A stretch of DNA of 41,226 nt from Alphaproteobacteria bacterium (GCA_020445145.1 JAGRHC010000026.1:10035-51260); one strand, 5' to 3'; positions 9,495 to 18,805 are shown, numbered from the stretch's first letter. Numbers and translations are program-made. The notes: generated by a model from the sequence alone, not told the origin.

Positions 9495-11404
9495 ACAAGA
9501 AGGACCAGATGCATCCTGAGGATGTCCGAAACCTTATTATCTTTGCGGTTCTGACTGTTTTTATCTGGATTGGATATGAGCATTTTATTTTAGGCCCTCA
9601 GAAAGTGGCAATGGAAAAGGCCCGCAAGGCCAAAGCTGTGATTGCCCAGCAAGATCCCGAAGCCCTTAAGCCCGTTGAGTTTGTATCCAGAGAAGATGCT
9701 TTAAAAGGGACGGCGCGCCTTTCTTTTAATAATGAGGAAGTGTACGGGACGATTGCTCTTAAGGGCGGGCGTTTTGATGATCTGCACCTCCATAACTATT
9801 TCGAGACGATGGAAAAGAAAAAGAACGTCTCATTGTTGACCCCCAATAAATCTGAACATGCTCGGTATATTGATACCGGATGGGTGGGTGATGACCAGAC
9901 CGTCAAACTTCCGGGCTCTGATACACTCTGGCAGATTCAGGGAAACAAAACGCTTAAGCCAGGGTCTCCCGTCACGCTTACATGGGATAATGGTCAAGGC
10001 TTGCGTTTTGAAAGGGAAATTGCACTCGATAAGGAGTATCTCTTCACGATTACGCAGCGCGTTTACAATGACAGCGGCGTTACGGTCAGCCTTCATCCTT
10101 ATGCGCTTGTCTCTGAAAACGGTCTTCCCAGTGAATATTCGGGGCGCTGGATTATGCATGAAGGTCCTATGGGTTTTATTGGCGATGAACTTAAGGAAGT
10201 TTCCTATAAGAACATGAAAAAAGAGCCTAATACGGTGGTGAAGGCTGCGACCGGCTGGGCCGGCATTTCGGATAAATACTGGCTGACCGCATTGATCCCC
10301 GCGCAGGGGCAGGAGAGCACTTATCGTTTCCGCTATACGCCGGATTATGCGGCGGAAGCCGCTAAAGTGCGCGGGGCCGGACGTTATCAGACGGACTTTA
10401 CCGGCTCCAGTATCTCGGTTTCACCGGGACAGAAGATTGAAAACAGCTATAATTTGTTTGTTGGTGCTAAAAAAGTTCTGGCCCTTGAGGAGTATCAGAA
10501 AAATCTGGGCGTTCGGAACCTTGATCTTGCCGTTGATTTCGGCTGGTTCTGGTTTTTGACCAAGCCATTTTATTTCGGGCTTCATTATCTTTATCTTGCT
10601 GTCGGGAACATGGGTGTCGCCATTATTATTCTGACGATCATTATTCGCGGCGCGGCGTTCCCGCTAACCCGTATTTCATACAGATCCTTTGCAAAGATGA
10701 AAAATGTGACGCCGCAAATTCATGAGCTTCGCAGTAAATACGGCGATGACAAGGTGAAGCTGCAGGAGGCGATTACAGCGCTCTACCAGAAAGAGGGCGT
10801 TAATCCGATGGCCGGATGCCTGCCGATGCTGGTGCAGATTCCGATCTTTTTTGCCTGGTACAAAATTATTTTTATGACGCTGGATGTCCGGCATGCACCA
10901 TTTTTCGGGTGGATTCAGGATCTTTCTGCTCGTGACCCAACCAGTATCTTTAATTTGTTCGGGCTTTTGCCTTATGAGTTGCCGACCAGCCTTCATATTG
11001 GCGTGTGGCCTTGTTTGATGCTCGTGGTGATGATTATCCAGAAACGCCTTAACCCTCCTCCGCAGGATAAAATCCAGCGTGATATGATGACTTATTTTCC
11101 GTTCATTATGACCTATGTCATGGCCGGATTTGCCTCTGGGCTTGTGATTTACTGGACGGTTAGCGGCCTGATGTCCATCATTCAGCAGGCCATTATTATG
11201 CGCTCTCTCGGGGTTCCGATTTATCTCTTTGAAAAGGATAAATATGAGGAGCAGCTCAAGAAAGACCTTGAGAAAGGGCCGGACGTTCATCCTCTTGTTG
11301 AAATGGCCGGTGACGATGTTGAGGATGCTCTTTTTGGAGGCGATGATTCAGAAGGTAAAGACATCAAGCCCTTGAAGCCCAAAAAGAAAAAGAAGAAGAA
11401 ATAG
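9491..11404 (+). CDS. yidC: Membrane protein insertase YidC
   Basis: 637 aa. N-terminal TM, large periplasmic domain, and a C-terminal 5-TM core (AFPLTRISYRSFAKMKNVTPQIHELRSKYGDDK...GCLPMLVQIPIFFAWY). Polylysine tail KPKKKKKKK. Confidence 0.95.
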   Translation: MNKKDQMHPEDVRNLIIFAVLTVFIWIGYEHFILGPQKVAMEKARKAKAVIAQQDPEALKPVEFVSREDALKGTARLSFNNEEVYGTIALKGGRFDDLHLHNYFETMEKKKNVSLLTPNKSEHARYIDTGWVGDDQTVKLPGSDTLWQIQGNKTLKPGSPVTLTWDNGQGLRFEREIALDKEYLFTITQRVYNDSGVTVSLHPYALVSENGLPSEYSGRWIMHEGPMGFIGDELKEVSYKNMKKEPNTVVKAATGWAGISDKYWLTALIPAQGQESTYRFRYTPDYAAEAAKVRGAGRYQTDFTGSSISVSPGQKIENSYNLFVGAKKVLALEEYQKNLGVRNLDLAVDFGWFWFLTKPFYFGLHYLYLAVGNMGVAIIILTIIIRGAAFPLTRISYRSFAKMKNVTPQIHELRSKYGDDKVKLQEAITALYQKEGVNPMAGCLPMLVQIPIFFAWYKIIFMTLDVRHAPFFGWIQDLSARDPTSIFNLFGLLPYELPTSLHIGVWPCLMLVVMIIQKRLNPPPQDKIQRDMMTYFPFIMTYVMAGFASGLVIYWTVSGLMSIIQQAIIMRSLGVPIYLFEKDKYEEQLKKDLEKGPDVHPLVEMAGDDVEDALFGGDDSEGKDIKPLKPKKKKKKK

Positions 11405-11416
11405 AGGTCGTCCTTT

Positions 11417-12052
11417 ATGTCCGGGGAATTCACAACAGAAACCCTTGAATCTGCGCGCAAGCTTTTTGCAGGGCGTTGCGATTTTAAGATGGGTGTCGCC
11501 AAGCTGGAGCAATTGCCAACAGCGGATTTACCCGAGGTTGCGTTTGCAGGACGCTCGAATGTCGGGAAATCTTCTTTGCTCAATGCGCTGACCGGGCGCA
11601 CCGCCCTTGCACGGACCTCTCACACGCCGGGGCGAACGCAGGAGCTGAATTACTTCAATCTGGGTGATATGCTTTACATGGTCGATATGCCCGGCTATGG
11701 CTACGCCAAGGTCTCGAAGGAGAAGGTGAAAGCCTGGACAGACCTCATTTTCAAGTATCTACGCGGCCGTCCGACGCTACGCTGCGTATTCATTCTGATT
11801 GATTCCCGGCATGGGCTGAAAGAGAGCGATCTGGATCTGATGAAGATGCTGGATGATGCGGCCGTGTCGTACCGTATCGTTTTGACAAAGATCGACAAAG
11901 TCAAGGATCAGCAGCGAGAAGCGGTTATTTCTGAGACGGAAAACGTCTTGAAAAAACATCCCGCGGCCTACCCGCAAGTTGCCTGCACAAGCAGCCATAA
12001 AGATTCAGGTATTCCTGAGCTCAGGGCGATTATCGCATCCTTTAAAGCCTAG
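11417..12052 (+). CDS. engB: Ribosome biogenesis GTP-binding protein YihA/EngB
   Basis: G1 GRSNVGKSSLLNALTG, G3 DMPGYGY, G4 TKIDK. Operon position after yidC. Confidence 0.9.
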   Translation: MSGEFTTETLESARKLFAGRCDFKMGVAKLEQLPTADLPEVAFAGRSNVGKSSLLNALTGRTALARTSHTPGRTQELNYFNLGDMLYMVDMPGYGYAKVSKEKVKAWTDLIFKYLRGRPTLRCVFILIDSRHGLKESDLDLMKMLDDAAVSYRIVLTKIDKVKDQQREAVISETENVLKKHPAAYPQVACTSSHKDSGIPELRAIIASFKA

Positions 12053-12744
12053 CGATCCAGAAGAACATTATAAAACGCATATATTCCTGATGGGTCCTGT
12101 ACGCAGAGCGACATGTAGCCTTCGCAGGCGGCACAGGCGGATGTGTTGAAATCTACATTTGAGCCTGCGTATAATGTGGCATCGACCAGATAACTTTTGG
12201 CGCTGGAGGCGAGTATGGGAATTGTTGTAGTGCCCAGAACTTTCTCGTTTATCTTTTCACACACTGTTTTCGAGATTTGAAATGCTGTGAGGATGATGTC
12301 TGTGCCGGTGGTTGGAGTCCACTCCACATTATTAAAGCGGCCCATGTACCAGCCCGGCTCTGGATTGCTTGAAACCTGTGCGATTGCATCTGTTGGAATA
12401 TTGCTTGGCAACAAGCCGCCGCCGGAGGGATGGTAGACTTTATGGATATGAGGTGCAGTATTATACCCGCTTTCTCCGGGTTTCGTGAAATTAAAGCTGC
12501 CGATTTGCGTGCCGGAAAAGCTCATCTGGTCGAGCGTCGATTTACCTTGGGCTGCGTAAGAGATCATTTGTGTAGCAAGGAGTTCCGCCCTTGAATCGTC
12601 AAGCTCTTCTGTTGTGTCGTTGCGCGACTGGCTCATGAATGTCATTCCGAGCGCGGCAAACAGGACGATCGCGATCAGGACGTAGACCAGCGCGTTGCCG
12701 TTTTCCCCGTCTTTTGCGCAGATATGTTCTCTTTTTGTTTTCAT
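12049..12744 (-). CDS. Hypothetical membrane-anchored protein with a TadE/TadG-like (Flp-pilus pseudopilin) N-terminal segment
   Basis: 231 aa. The N-terminus KDGENGNALVYVLIAIVLFAALGMTFMSQSRN follows the Tad_N pattern (G-x-x-A-hydrophobic stretch-S-R). The rest is unrecognised. Converges on engB and shares a palindromic CTAG stop. Confidence 0.45.
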   Translation of the reverse strand: MKTKREHICAKDGENGNALVYVLIAIVLFAALGMTFMSQSRNDTTEELDDSRAELLATQMISYAAQGKSTLDQMSFSGTQIGSFNFTKPGESGYNTAPHIHKVYHPSGGGLLPSNIPTDAIAQVSSNPEPGWYMGRFNNVEWTPTTGTDIILTAFQISKTVCEKINEKVLGTTTIPILASSAKSYLVDATLYAGSNVDFNTSACAACEGYMSLCVQDPSGIYAFYNVLLDR

Positions 12745-12835
12745 TTCAGGAATCCTGCTTTATAGTAACGAAGGAAAGAAGACGCATTTGCCCCCCTTCC
12801 CCACGTTAACAAAAGATCGCCGGAGATTAAACATT

Positions 12836-14095
12836 ATGTTGCTCGACTTCAGTCAACTTACAGCTCATATCACGCCGGAGCAGATTTATGCCGGTGCCGG
12901 GTTTGCCGGAGGTGTTGCGCTTTGTGCCTTCGGGTATTTGCTAGCACGGGGGCGCTGGCAGGCCCGCATTATCGCGCTTGATTCACAACTTCGGGCAAAC
13001 CGGGAGGCCTGGCAGCAAGCAGGCGAAGTCCTTGACCAACGTTTCAAGTTGACGGCGCAGGATGCTCTTTCGCGCAGTCATGAGCAGTTTTTGCAACTGG
13101 CGCAGGAACGTTTGCGCAATGCACAGGCTGACGGGGCGCACGATATGGAGAAACGGCAAAAAGCTATTGCCGATATGATCGGGCCGGTGCAAGAGCATTT
13201 GAAAGCGCTTTCCGGGGCCATCGAGCAAGTTAAGGGGACGGACCAGGCTCTGCGGGAAGATCTGAAGCATTTGAGCCGCGAGACCGCCCGCCTTGTGGGC
13301 GCACTGCGCGATCCTTCGGCGCAAGGGGCTTGGGGCGAGTTTATTCTTGAAGGGGTTTTGGAGAAATCCGGCCTGATGAAGGGGGTTCATTACGACACGC
13401 AAGTTTCCATGCAAACTGACGGTGGGCGTCAGCGGCCTGATGCGGTTATTCATATGCAGGACGGATTTAACATTATTATCGATGCCAAAGCGCCGCTCAA
13501 CGAGTTTGTTCAGCGGCTTGGCGAGACTATGAGTGAGCAGGACAATGCGGTCCTGATGCAAAATCTGGCGCGGCAAGTGCGGGAGCATGTTAAAAAACTT
13601 GGGGCGCGCGGGTATTGGGAAAATATCGAGAGCCCGGACTTTACGGTTCTTTTCCTGCCGTCGGAGCATCTGTACTCGATGGCGCTGCGCGCGGAGCCGG
13701 ATCTGGTGGAGTTTGCTGCGCGTCATGACATTATTATTGCTTCGCCGACCCTCTTGATGTCGCTTTTGCGAGTGGTTGGTCTGAGCTGGCGACAGGTGGA
13801 GCTTGCCAAGAATGCGCAGGATATTTCAGAGCTCGGGTATGATCTTTACAAGCGCTTCTTAAAATATACCGAACATTTTGAGAAAATCGGCAAAGGTCTT
13901 CAAAACGCCATGAGCGGGTACGATGCGGCGCTGGGGTCTCTGGAGAGACAGGTCTTGCCGGCGGCGCGTAAATTCCGCGACCTTCAGGCGGCCAAGGCTG
14001 GCCTTACGGATGTTCCTGCCTTGAAATGCGTCGAGACACCGCCGCGGCCCCTCGCGCTTACGGAAGAGGATTCAAAGGAAAAACTCAGGGCTTAA
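12836..14095 (+). CDS. rmuC: DNA recombination protein RmuC
   Basis: N-terminal TM then a long coiled-coil. The C-terminal RmuC nuclease-like domain is DAVIHMQDGFNIIIDAKAPL...TVLFLPSEHLYSMAL...IIIASPTLLMSLLR. The ORF is open from 12695, but ATG 12836 avoids overlap with the upstream gene. Confidence 0.85.
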   Translation: MLLDFSQLTAHITPEQIYAGAGFAGGVALCAFGYLLARGRWQARIIALDSQLRANREAWQQAGEVLDQRFKLTAQDALSRSHEQFLQLAQERLRNAQADGAHDMEKRQKAIADMIGPVQEHLKALSGAIEQVKGTDQALREDLKHLSRETARLVGALRDPSAQGAWGEFILEGVLEKSGLMKGVHYDTQVSMQTDGGRQRPDAVIHMQDGFNIIIDAKAPLNEFVQRLGETMSEQDNAVLMQNLARQVREHVKKLGARGYWENIESPDFTVLFLPSEHLYSMALRAEPDLVEFAARHDIIIASPTLLMSLLRVVGLSWRQVELAKNAQDISELGYDLYKRFLKYTEHFEKIGKGLQNAMSGYDAALGSLERQVLPAARKFRDLQAAKAGLTDVPALKCVETPPRPLALTEEDSKEKLRA

Positions 14096-14146
14096 CATCG
14101 CTCTTTTGGTTATGCTTGACCCTTTTGAAAAAAGGCTGTACCCATT

Positions 14147-14674
14147 TTGCCTATGAAAAATTATGAGATTATTACTGTTCCACATCCGGCTTTGAAGCAA
14201 AAGGCGCAGGACGTTCAAACTGTCGATGATGCGATCCGCGCGCAGATGGATGGTATGCTTCGGGCGATGTATGATGCGCCGGGTATTGGCCTTGCGGCCA
14301 ATCAGGTTAATCTGTTGAACCGTGTGCTTGTGATGGATTTGTCCAAACCGGATAAGGGCGAAGAGCCAAATCCGATTTGCATGGCCAATCCGCAGGTTAT
14401 CTATGAATCCGAGGATATCAGCGTTATGGAGGAAGGCTGCCTGTCTATTCCTCAGCAATACGCAGAGGTCGAGCGCCCTGCCATTGTTCGGGTCAGGTAT
14501 CTGGACTATCACGGGAAGGAAGCCGAGCTTGAAGCAGAGGGTTTATTATCGCATTGCGTGCAGCATGAGATTGACCATTTGAACGGGGTTCTTTTTATTG
14601 ATTACCTTTCCTCGCTCAAGCGGAATATGATCCTCAAAAAGGTTGAAAAGCTTAAGAAGCATGAGGCTTTATAG
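14147..14674 (+). CDS. def: Peptide deformylase
   Basis: Motifs GIGLAANQV, EGCLSIP and HEIDHLNG. Confidence 0.95.
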   Translation: MPMKNYEIITVPHPALKQKAQDVQTVDDAIRAQMDGMLRAMYDAPGIGLAANQVNLLNRVLVMDLSKPDKGEEPNPICMANPQVIYESEDISVMEEGCLSIPQQYAEVERPAIVRVRYLDYHGKEAELEAEGLLSHCVQHEIDHLNGVLFIDYLSSLKRNMILKKVEKLKKHEAL

Positions 14675-14677
14675 GCT

Positions 14678-15619
14678 ATGGGCGGGCCCTTGCGCATTGC
14701 ATTTATGGGCACTCCTGATTTTGCGGCAACCGCGCTGCAGACTTTGCTGGACAGCTCCCATGAGGTTGTTTGCGTCTATTCGCAGCCCCCACGCCCCAAG
14801 GGGCGCGGACATAAGCTGCAGCAATCTCCGGTGCATGACCTTGCCGCGCAGCATGGTATTCCTGTTTTTACACCGACCACATTGAAAAGCGCCGAAGCAC
14901 AAGCGGAATTTTCTTCGCATGATCTTGATATTGCTGTGGTTGCTGCGTATGGGCTTATCCTGCCGAAGGTGGTATTGGAGGCACCGAAATACGGATGTCT
15001 GAATATCCATGCCTCTCTCTTGCCGCGCTGGCGCGGAGCGGCGCCGATCCAGCGCGCAATTTTGGCAGGCGATGCGCAGAGCGGCGTTACGATTATGCAG
15101 ATGGATGAAGGGCTTGATACGGGCGGGATGATTGCCAAAAGCGCTGTTGACATTACGCCGGAAACGACCTCCTCCAGTTTGCATGATGCTCTGGCGAATG
15201 CCGGTGCTGCGCTCACCTTACGAACATTGGATGATATTGCTGCGACGCAGACCAAGTCGTCAGCGCAGCCGCAAGACGAGACGCTTGCAACATATGCGGC
15301 AATGCTGCGCAAGGAAGAAGGCAAGATAGACTGGCAAACGGGCGCTGCGGTTATTGAGCGACAGGTTCGCGCTCTTCATCCTTGGCCCGGTGTCTGGTGC
15401 GAAAAAGGTGATATGCGCTATAAAATCAGCGCAGCAAAAATTACAGATAACGATATACAATCCCCTCCCGGTACAGTTCTGGATAAGGCCGGGCATGTTG
15501 CCTGCGGGGATGGACGCGTTTTGCAGATCCTCACCATTCAACCTGCGGGCAAGCAGGCGATGGATTTTGCCTCGGCAGTCAATGGAGGATATATCGCGGC
15601 GGGGGATGTGCTGGGATGA
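14678..15619 (+). CDS. fmt: Methionyl-tRNA formyltransferase
   Basis: RIAFMGTPDFA...NIHASLLPRWRGAAPIQRAI. Follows def as in the conserved def-fmt operon. Confidence 0.95.
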   Translation: MGGPLRIAFMGTPDFAATALQTLLDSSHEVVCVYSQPPRPKGRGHKLQQSPVHDLAAQHGIPVFTPTTLKSAEAQAEFSSHDLDIAVVAAYGLILPKVVLEAPKYGCLNIHASLLPRWRGAAPIQRAILAGDAQSGVTIMQMDEGLDTGGMIAKSAVDITPETTSSSLHDALANAGAALTLRTLDDIAATQTKSSAQPQDETLATYAAMLRKEEGKIDWQTGAAVIERQVRALHPWPGVWCEKGDMRYKISAAKITDNDIQSPPGTVLDKAGHVACGDGRVLQILTIQPAGKQAMDFASAVNGGYIAAGDVLG

Positions 15620-16380
15620 CCCGCTGGAAGCTGACGATTGAGTATAAGGGTACGGATTACGCCGGGTGGCAGCGCCAAAACGATGTGCCTTCTGTGCAGC
15701 AAGCGATCGAGGAAGCGATTAGCAAATTTAGTGGACAGGATGCGACACTACATGTTGCCGGGCGCACGGATGCAGGGGTTCATGCCTGCGGACAGGTGGC
15801 GCATGTGGATCTAGAACCCTTTAAGAAGCCGATGGACCCGTTTGAAGTTTCCAAGGCGATCAATGCGCATTTGCGTCCTCAACCTGTTGCGATCGTCAAG
15901 GCAGAGATTGTTTCCGATGATTTTCATGCGCGGTTTTCAGCCCTAAACAAGCTTTATCGTTACCGTATTTTGCGGCGCGGGGCGCCGCCCGCTCTGGAGC
16001 AAGGGCTGGTGTGGCACTACAAGAAGCCGCTCGATGTCGGGGCGATGCGCGAGGGTGCCGCCCATTTGCTGGGGCATCATGATTTTACCACGTTTCGGGA
16101 CTCGCAATGTCAGGCGAAGTCGCCATTCAAAACACTTGATCGGCTCGATCTTTTTGTTCGCCCTTATGATGATGGAGGCGGCGAGGAGATTTATGTCGAG
16201 ACAGAGGGGCGCTCGTTTTTGCATCATATGGTTCGCAATATGGTTGGAACTCTTGTGCTGGTCGGTGAAGGGAAGTGGCAGCCGGGTGATATGAAGGTCG
16301 CGCTGGAAGCTCGCGACCGGACCAAGGGCGGGCCGACGGCGCCTGCGGACGGGCTCTACCTTGTTCGGGTTGATTATTGA
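15616..16380 (+). CDS. truA: tRNA pseudouridine(38-40) synthase TruA
   Basis: LTIEYKGTDYAGWQRQ...HVAGRTDAGVHA (catalytic Asp). ATGA overlap with the fmt stop. Confidence 0.95.
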   Translation: MTRWKLTIEYKGTDYAGWQRQNDVPSVQQAIEEAISKFSGQDATLHVAGRTDAGVHACGQVAHVDLEPFKKPMDPFEVSKAINAHLRPQPVAIVKAEIVSDDFHARFSALNKLYRYRILRRGAPPALEQGLVWHYKKPLDVGAMREGAAHLLGHHDFTTFRDSQCQAKSPFKTLDRLDLFVRPYDDGGGEEIYVETEGRSFLHHMVRNMVGTLVLVGEGKWQPGDMKVALEARDRTKGGPTAPADGLYLVRVDY

Positions 16381-16709
16381 TGGCGCATTTTAAAGGCTCT
16401 TACCGCGTGAGTGTTTTTGTGCCGGAAGAGGCGTTTGAAGCCTTTCTTCAGGCAATCAGCCCGGCTATTCCCAGTTTTCTCGGCCATTATGATCATGTGT
16501 GCTGGTGGAGCGAGAAAGGGATCGAGCAATTTCGCAAAATAGATGGCGATGGTCATATCGTGCGGGCTGCCTGTCGCCGCGTTTCTTTTTCGATGCCAGT
16601 AGATGATGATCTTCTGGATATGCTCATTCAAAAGCACATTCTTCCAGTCCACCCTTGGGAAGAACCTGTTATCCTGGTTGCGCGCGAAGATATTTTCTTG
16701 AATACGTAA
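16377..16709 (+). CDS. Hypothetical protein, 110 aa, translationally coupled to truA
   Basis: Its ATG overlaps the truA TGA (ATGA). No family recognised. The competing minus-strand ORF 16374-16874 is low complexity. Confidence 0.45.
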   Translation: MMAHFKGSYRVSVFVPEEAFEAFLQAISPAIPSFLGHYDHVCWWSEKGIEQFRKIDGDGHIVRAACRRVSFSMPVDDDLLDMLIQKHILPVHPWEEPVILVAREDIFLNT

Positions 16710-16775
16710 AATTTGTGTTTTTTGCGAAAAGGGTTTACAAACAACCCCCGTACAAGAATAAAGAGGATTTGTTCT

Positions 16776-17489
16776 ATGAGACATGCACTGATTTTGATGG
16801 GCGCCGCTTTGGCCTTTGTTTTTCCGATTTCTGTGCACGCAGACGTTTCTGCTGCTGAGCCGGTGAGCGCGCAACAGAAGGGGTTTAAAGAAAATCTCTT
16901 ACTTATGAACCGCGTGAAGCCATTGCAGAATCCTCAATACCAAGACGTTCAGCATACGCTTGACCGCCGGGTTATGGATTACCAGCAAAAGACCGTCGGA
17001 CAAGTCGAGGATCTTCTTGTTGAGCCAAACGGCTATGTCTCGTCCGTCGAAGTCGATTTTGACCGGATGCATTTGCGCCAGAGCGTTTATGTGGATTATC
17101 AGGCGATGGCTATTCAGGGAACGCTTGACGGCTACGTGCTTGCCCTGCGTGAAGATGAGATTGCAAAAAAGTATCCTGAGCTGTTGTCTAATATTGAGAC
17201 GGCTGCCGGCGATGATAGCGATCTCATCAGTATTCAGAAGCTGCGCGGCGCTGATCTTGAGAATGAGATCGGACGTAAAATCGGAACTATTCGGGATATC
17301 CTGTTTTCGACGAATGGCCGCCGCGCTGAAGGGCTTTATGTCAGCGTTAGTTACGATACGGTCCGGAATGTTGGCGTGGCCGTTCCGTTTAATGCCGTAG
17401 AGTTTCGTAATAAAGGGGGACGTCTTGAGCCGACCCTTGCAAAAGATGAGGCTCTGGCTCTGGTTGATTTTGCCAGATCACAACGCTAG
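16776..17489 (+). CDS. Secreted PRC-barrel-like domain protein (two repeats)
   Basis: AAAGAGGA RBS, then MRHALILMGAALAFVFPISVHA signal peptide. Two repeats resemble PRC-barrel: VGQVEDLLVEPNGYVSSVEVDF and IGRKIGTIRDILFSTNGRRAEGLYVSVSYD. The ORF is open from 16713. Confidence 0.5.
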   Translation: MRHALILMGAALAFVFPISVHADVSAAEPVSAQQKGFKENLLLMNRVKPLQNPQYQDVQHTLDRRVMDYQQKTVGQVEDLLVEPNGYVSSVEVDFDRMHLRQSVYVDYQAMAIQGTLDGYVLALREDEIAKKYPELLSNIETAAGDDSDLISIQKLRGADLENEIGRKIGTIRDILFSTNGRRAEGLYVSVSYDTVRNVGVAVPFNAVEFRNKGGRLEPTLAKDEALALVDFARSQR

Positions 17490-17634
17490 GGTTAAGACTC
17501 ACAGCTTTTCTAAAGTGCTGCAAACGCAGTTTTTCTGCGCTTCCGGTACTCAAATACTTTTACGTATGTTCCGTTCCGGTTCTCGAAAACCTGCGTTTTC
17601 GCCTCCTTTATAAAAGCTGTGAGTATGAACCCTA
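17487..17634. mobile_element. MITE-like palindromic element. 144-bp core flanked by TA direct repeats, with about 28-bp imperfect terminal inverted repeats.
   Basis: Left end TA|GGGTTaagACTCACAGCTTTTcTAAAG. Reverse complement of the right end TA|GGGTTcatACTCACAGCTTTTaTAAAG. Internal inverted repeats (GCAAACGCAGTTTTTCTGCG / CGAAAACCTGCGTTTTCGC) make the whole element a long hairpin. A second copy sits at bp 1-25. It lies between convergent genes. Confidence 0.55.
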
Positions 17635-17643
17635 AGCCGGTTT

Positions 17644-18786
17644 TTATTTACTAAAATAAATTTCCAAGAGTCTTTCAAAAACTTTGGCGAGGTTTTGGAG
17701 GTCTTCGACTTTTGCGTTTTCGTCAACGCGGTGGACCGTCTCGTTTACGCCACCGAACTCCACAACAGGACAGTAGTTTGCAAAGAAACGCGCATCGGAT
17801 GTCCCTCCGTTGGTGGTGTAGGCGGGCTTATGCCCCGTGACCTCTTCCACAGCCTTGACCATCGTTTCGGACCAAGCGCCGGGCTGGGTAATGAAGCTGT
17901 GCGCCCCTTCGGTGAAGATTATTTCATAGGCACCGCCGCATTGGCCGAGTGTCTCGCGTATTTTGTCCTGCAAACTTCCATGGGTCCAGAGGTCATTAAA
18001 GCGAATATTGAACGTCGCGTTTCCCTCACCGGGGATCACGTTACTCGCCTTGTTTCCAACGTCAACTGTGGTGATTTCGAAATTTGTCGGCGGGAAGAAC
18101 TCCGTTCCCTCGTCCCATTTTATGCCCTGCAGGGCGGAGAGCATGGCAATCAAGCGCGGCATGGGGTTGTCGGCGCGCTGCGGGTAAGCAACATGACCTT
18201 GACGGCCCATGACGCGTAAACGCCCTGAGAGAGAGCCTCTACGGCCTATTTTAACTTCCTGTCCCAAATAATCGGGATTTGTTGGCTCTCCAACCAGTGC
18301 AACGTCGGGGATTTGATTGTTTTGTTTTAACCATTCCAGAACTTTCACCGTTCCGTAATCGGCCTCGCCTTCTTCATCCCCTGTGATGAGGAGGCTTATC
18401 GAGCCTTCCGGTACGCCGTGTTTTTCAATGTAGGATACGGCGGCGGCGGCAAAGGCCGCGACGGAGCCCTTCATGTCGCTTGCGCCGCGCCCGTAGAGGA
18501 TGCCGTCTTCGATATGGGGCGTGAACGGGCCATATGTCCATTTGCTTTCCGGGCCCGGCGGGACCACATCAGTATGCCCGCCATAGCATAAATGCGGACC
18601 ACGATTTCCAATACGGGCAAAAAGATTAGGTGTTTTTTGCACCCCTTCGCCAAAGGTCAGGTGGGTAGAGGTAAAACCGGCCTGCTCCAGAAATTTCGCC
18701 AGCAACACTTGCGCGCCCGCGTCTTCCGGCGTTACGGACGGGCAGGCAATCAGGTCTTTGGCAAGGGTAACGGCGCGATCTGTCAT
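17644..18786 (-). CDS. dapE: Succinyl-diaminopimelate desuccinylase
   Basis: M20 peptidase motifs: HLCYGGHTDVVPPG, GRGASDMKG, and EEGEADYGT after ITGDEEG. The ORF is open to 18888. MTDRAVTLAKDLIACPSVTP (ATG 18786) is the conserved DapE N-terminus. Confidence 0.9.
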   Translation of the reverse strand: MTDRAVTLAKDLIACPSVTPEDAGAQVLLAKFLEQAGFTSTHLTFGEGVQKTPNLFARIGNRGPHLCYGGHTDVVPPGPESKWTYGPFTPHIEDGILYGRGASDMKGSVAAFAAAAVSYIEKHGVPEGSISLLITGDEEGEADYGTVKVLEWLKQNNQIPDVALVGEPTNPDYLGQEVKIGRRGSLSGRLRVMGRQGHVAYPQRADNPMPRLIAMLSALQGIKWDEGTEFFPPTNFEITTVDVGNKASNVIPGEGNATFNIRFNDLWTHGSLQDKIRETLGQCGGAYEIIFTEGAHSFITQPGAWSETMVKAVEEVTGHKPAYTTNGGTSDARFFANYCPVVEFGGVNETVHRVDENAKVEDLQNLAKVFERLLEIYFSK

Positions 18787-18805
18787 GCGTGGGATTTTAA
18801 GCGGT

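Noticed and set aside
10676-11290. 204-aa minus-strand ORF
   Set aside because: Antisense to the conserved C-terminal core of yidC.
12983-13726. 247-aa minus-strand ORF
   Set aside because: Antisense to rmuC.
14669-15324. Minus-strand ORFs 14669-15184 and 14776-15324
   Set aside because: Antisense to fmt.
16374-16874. 166-aa minus-strand ORF
   Set aside because: Overlaps both the truA-coupled 110-aa ORF and the 5' end of the PRC-barrel gene. R/H/N-rich junk composition.
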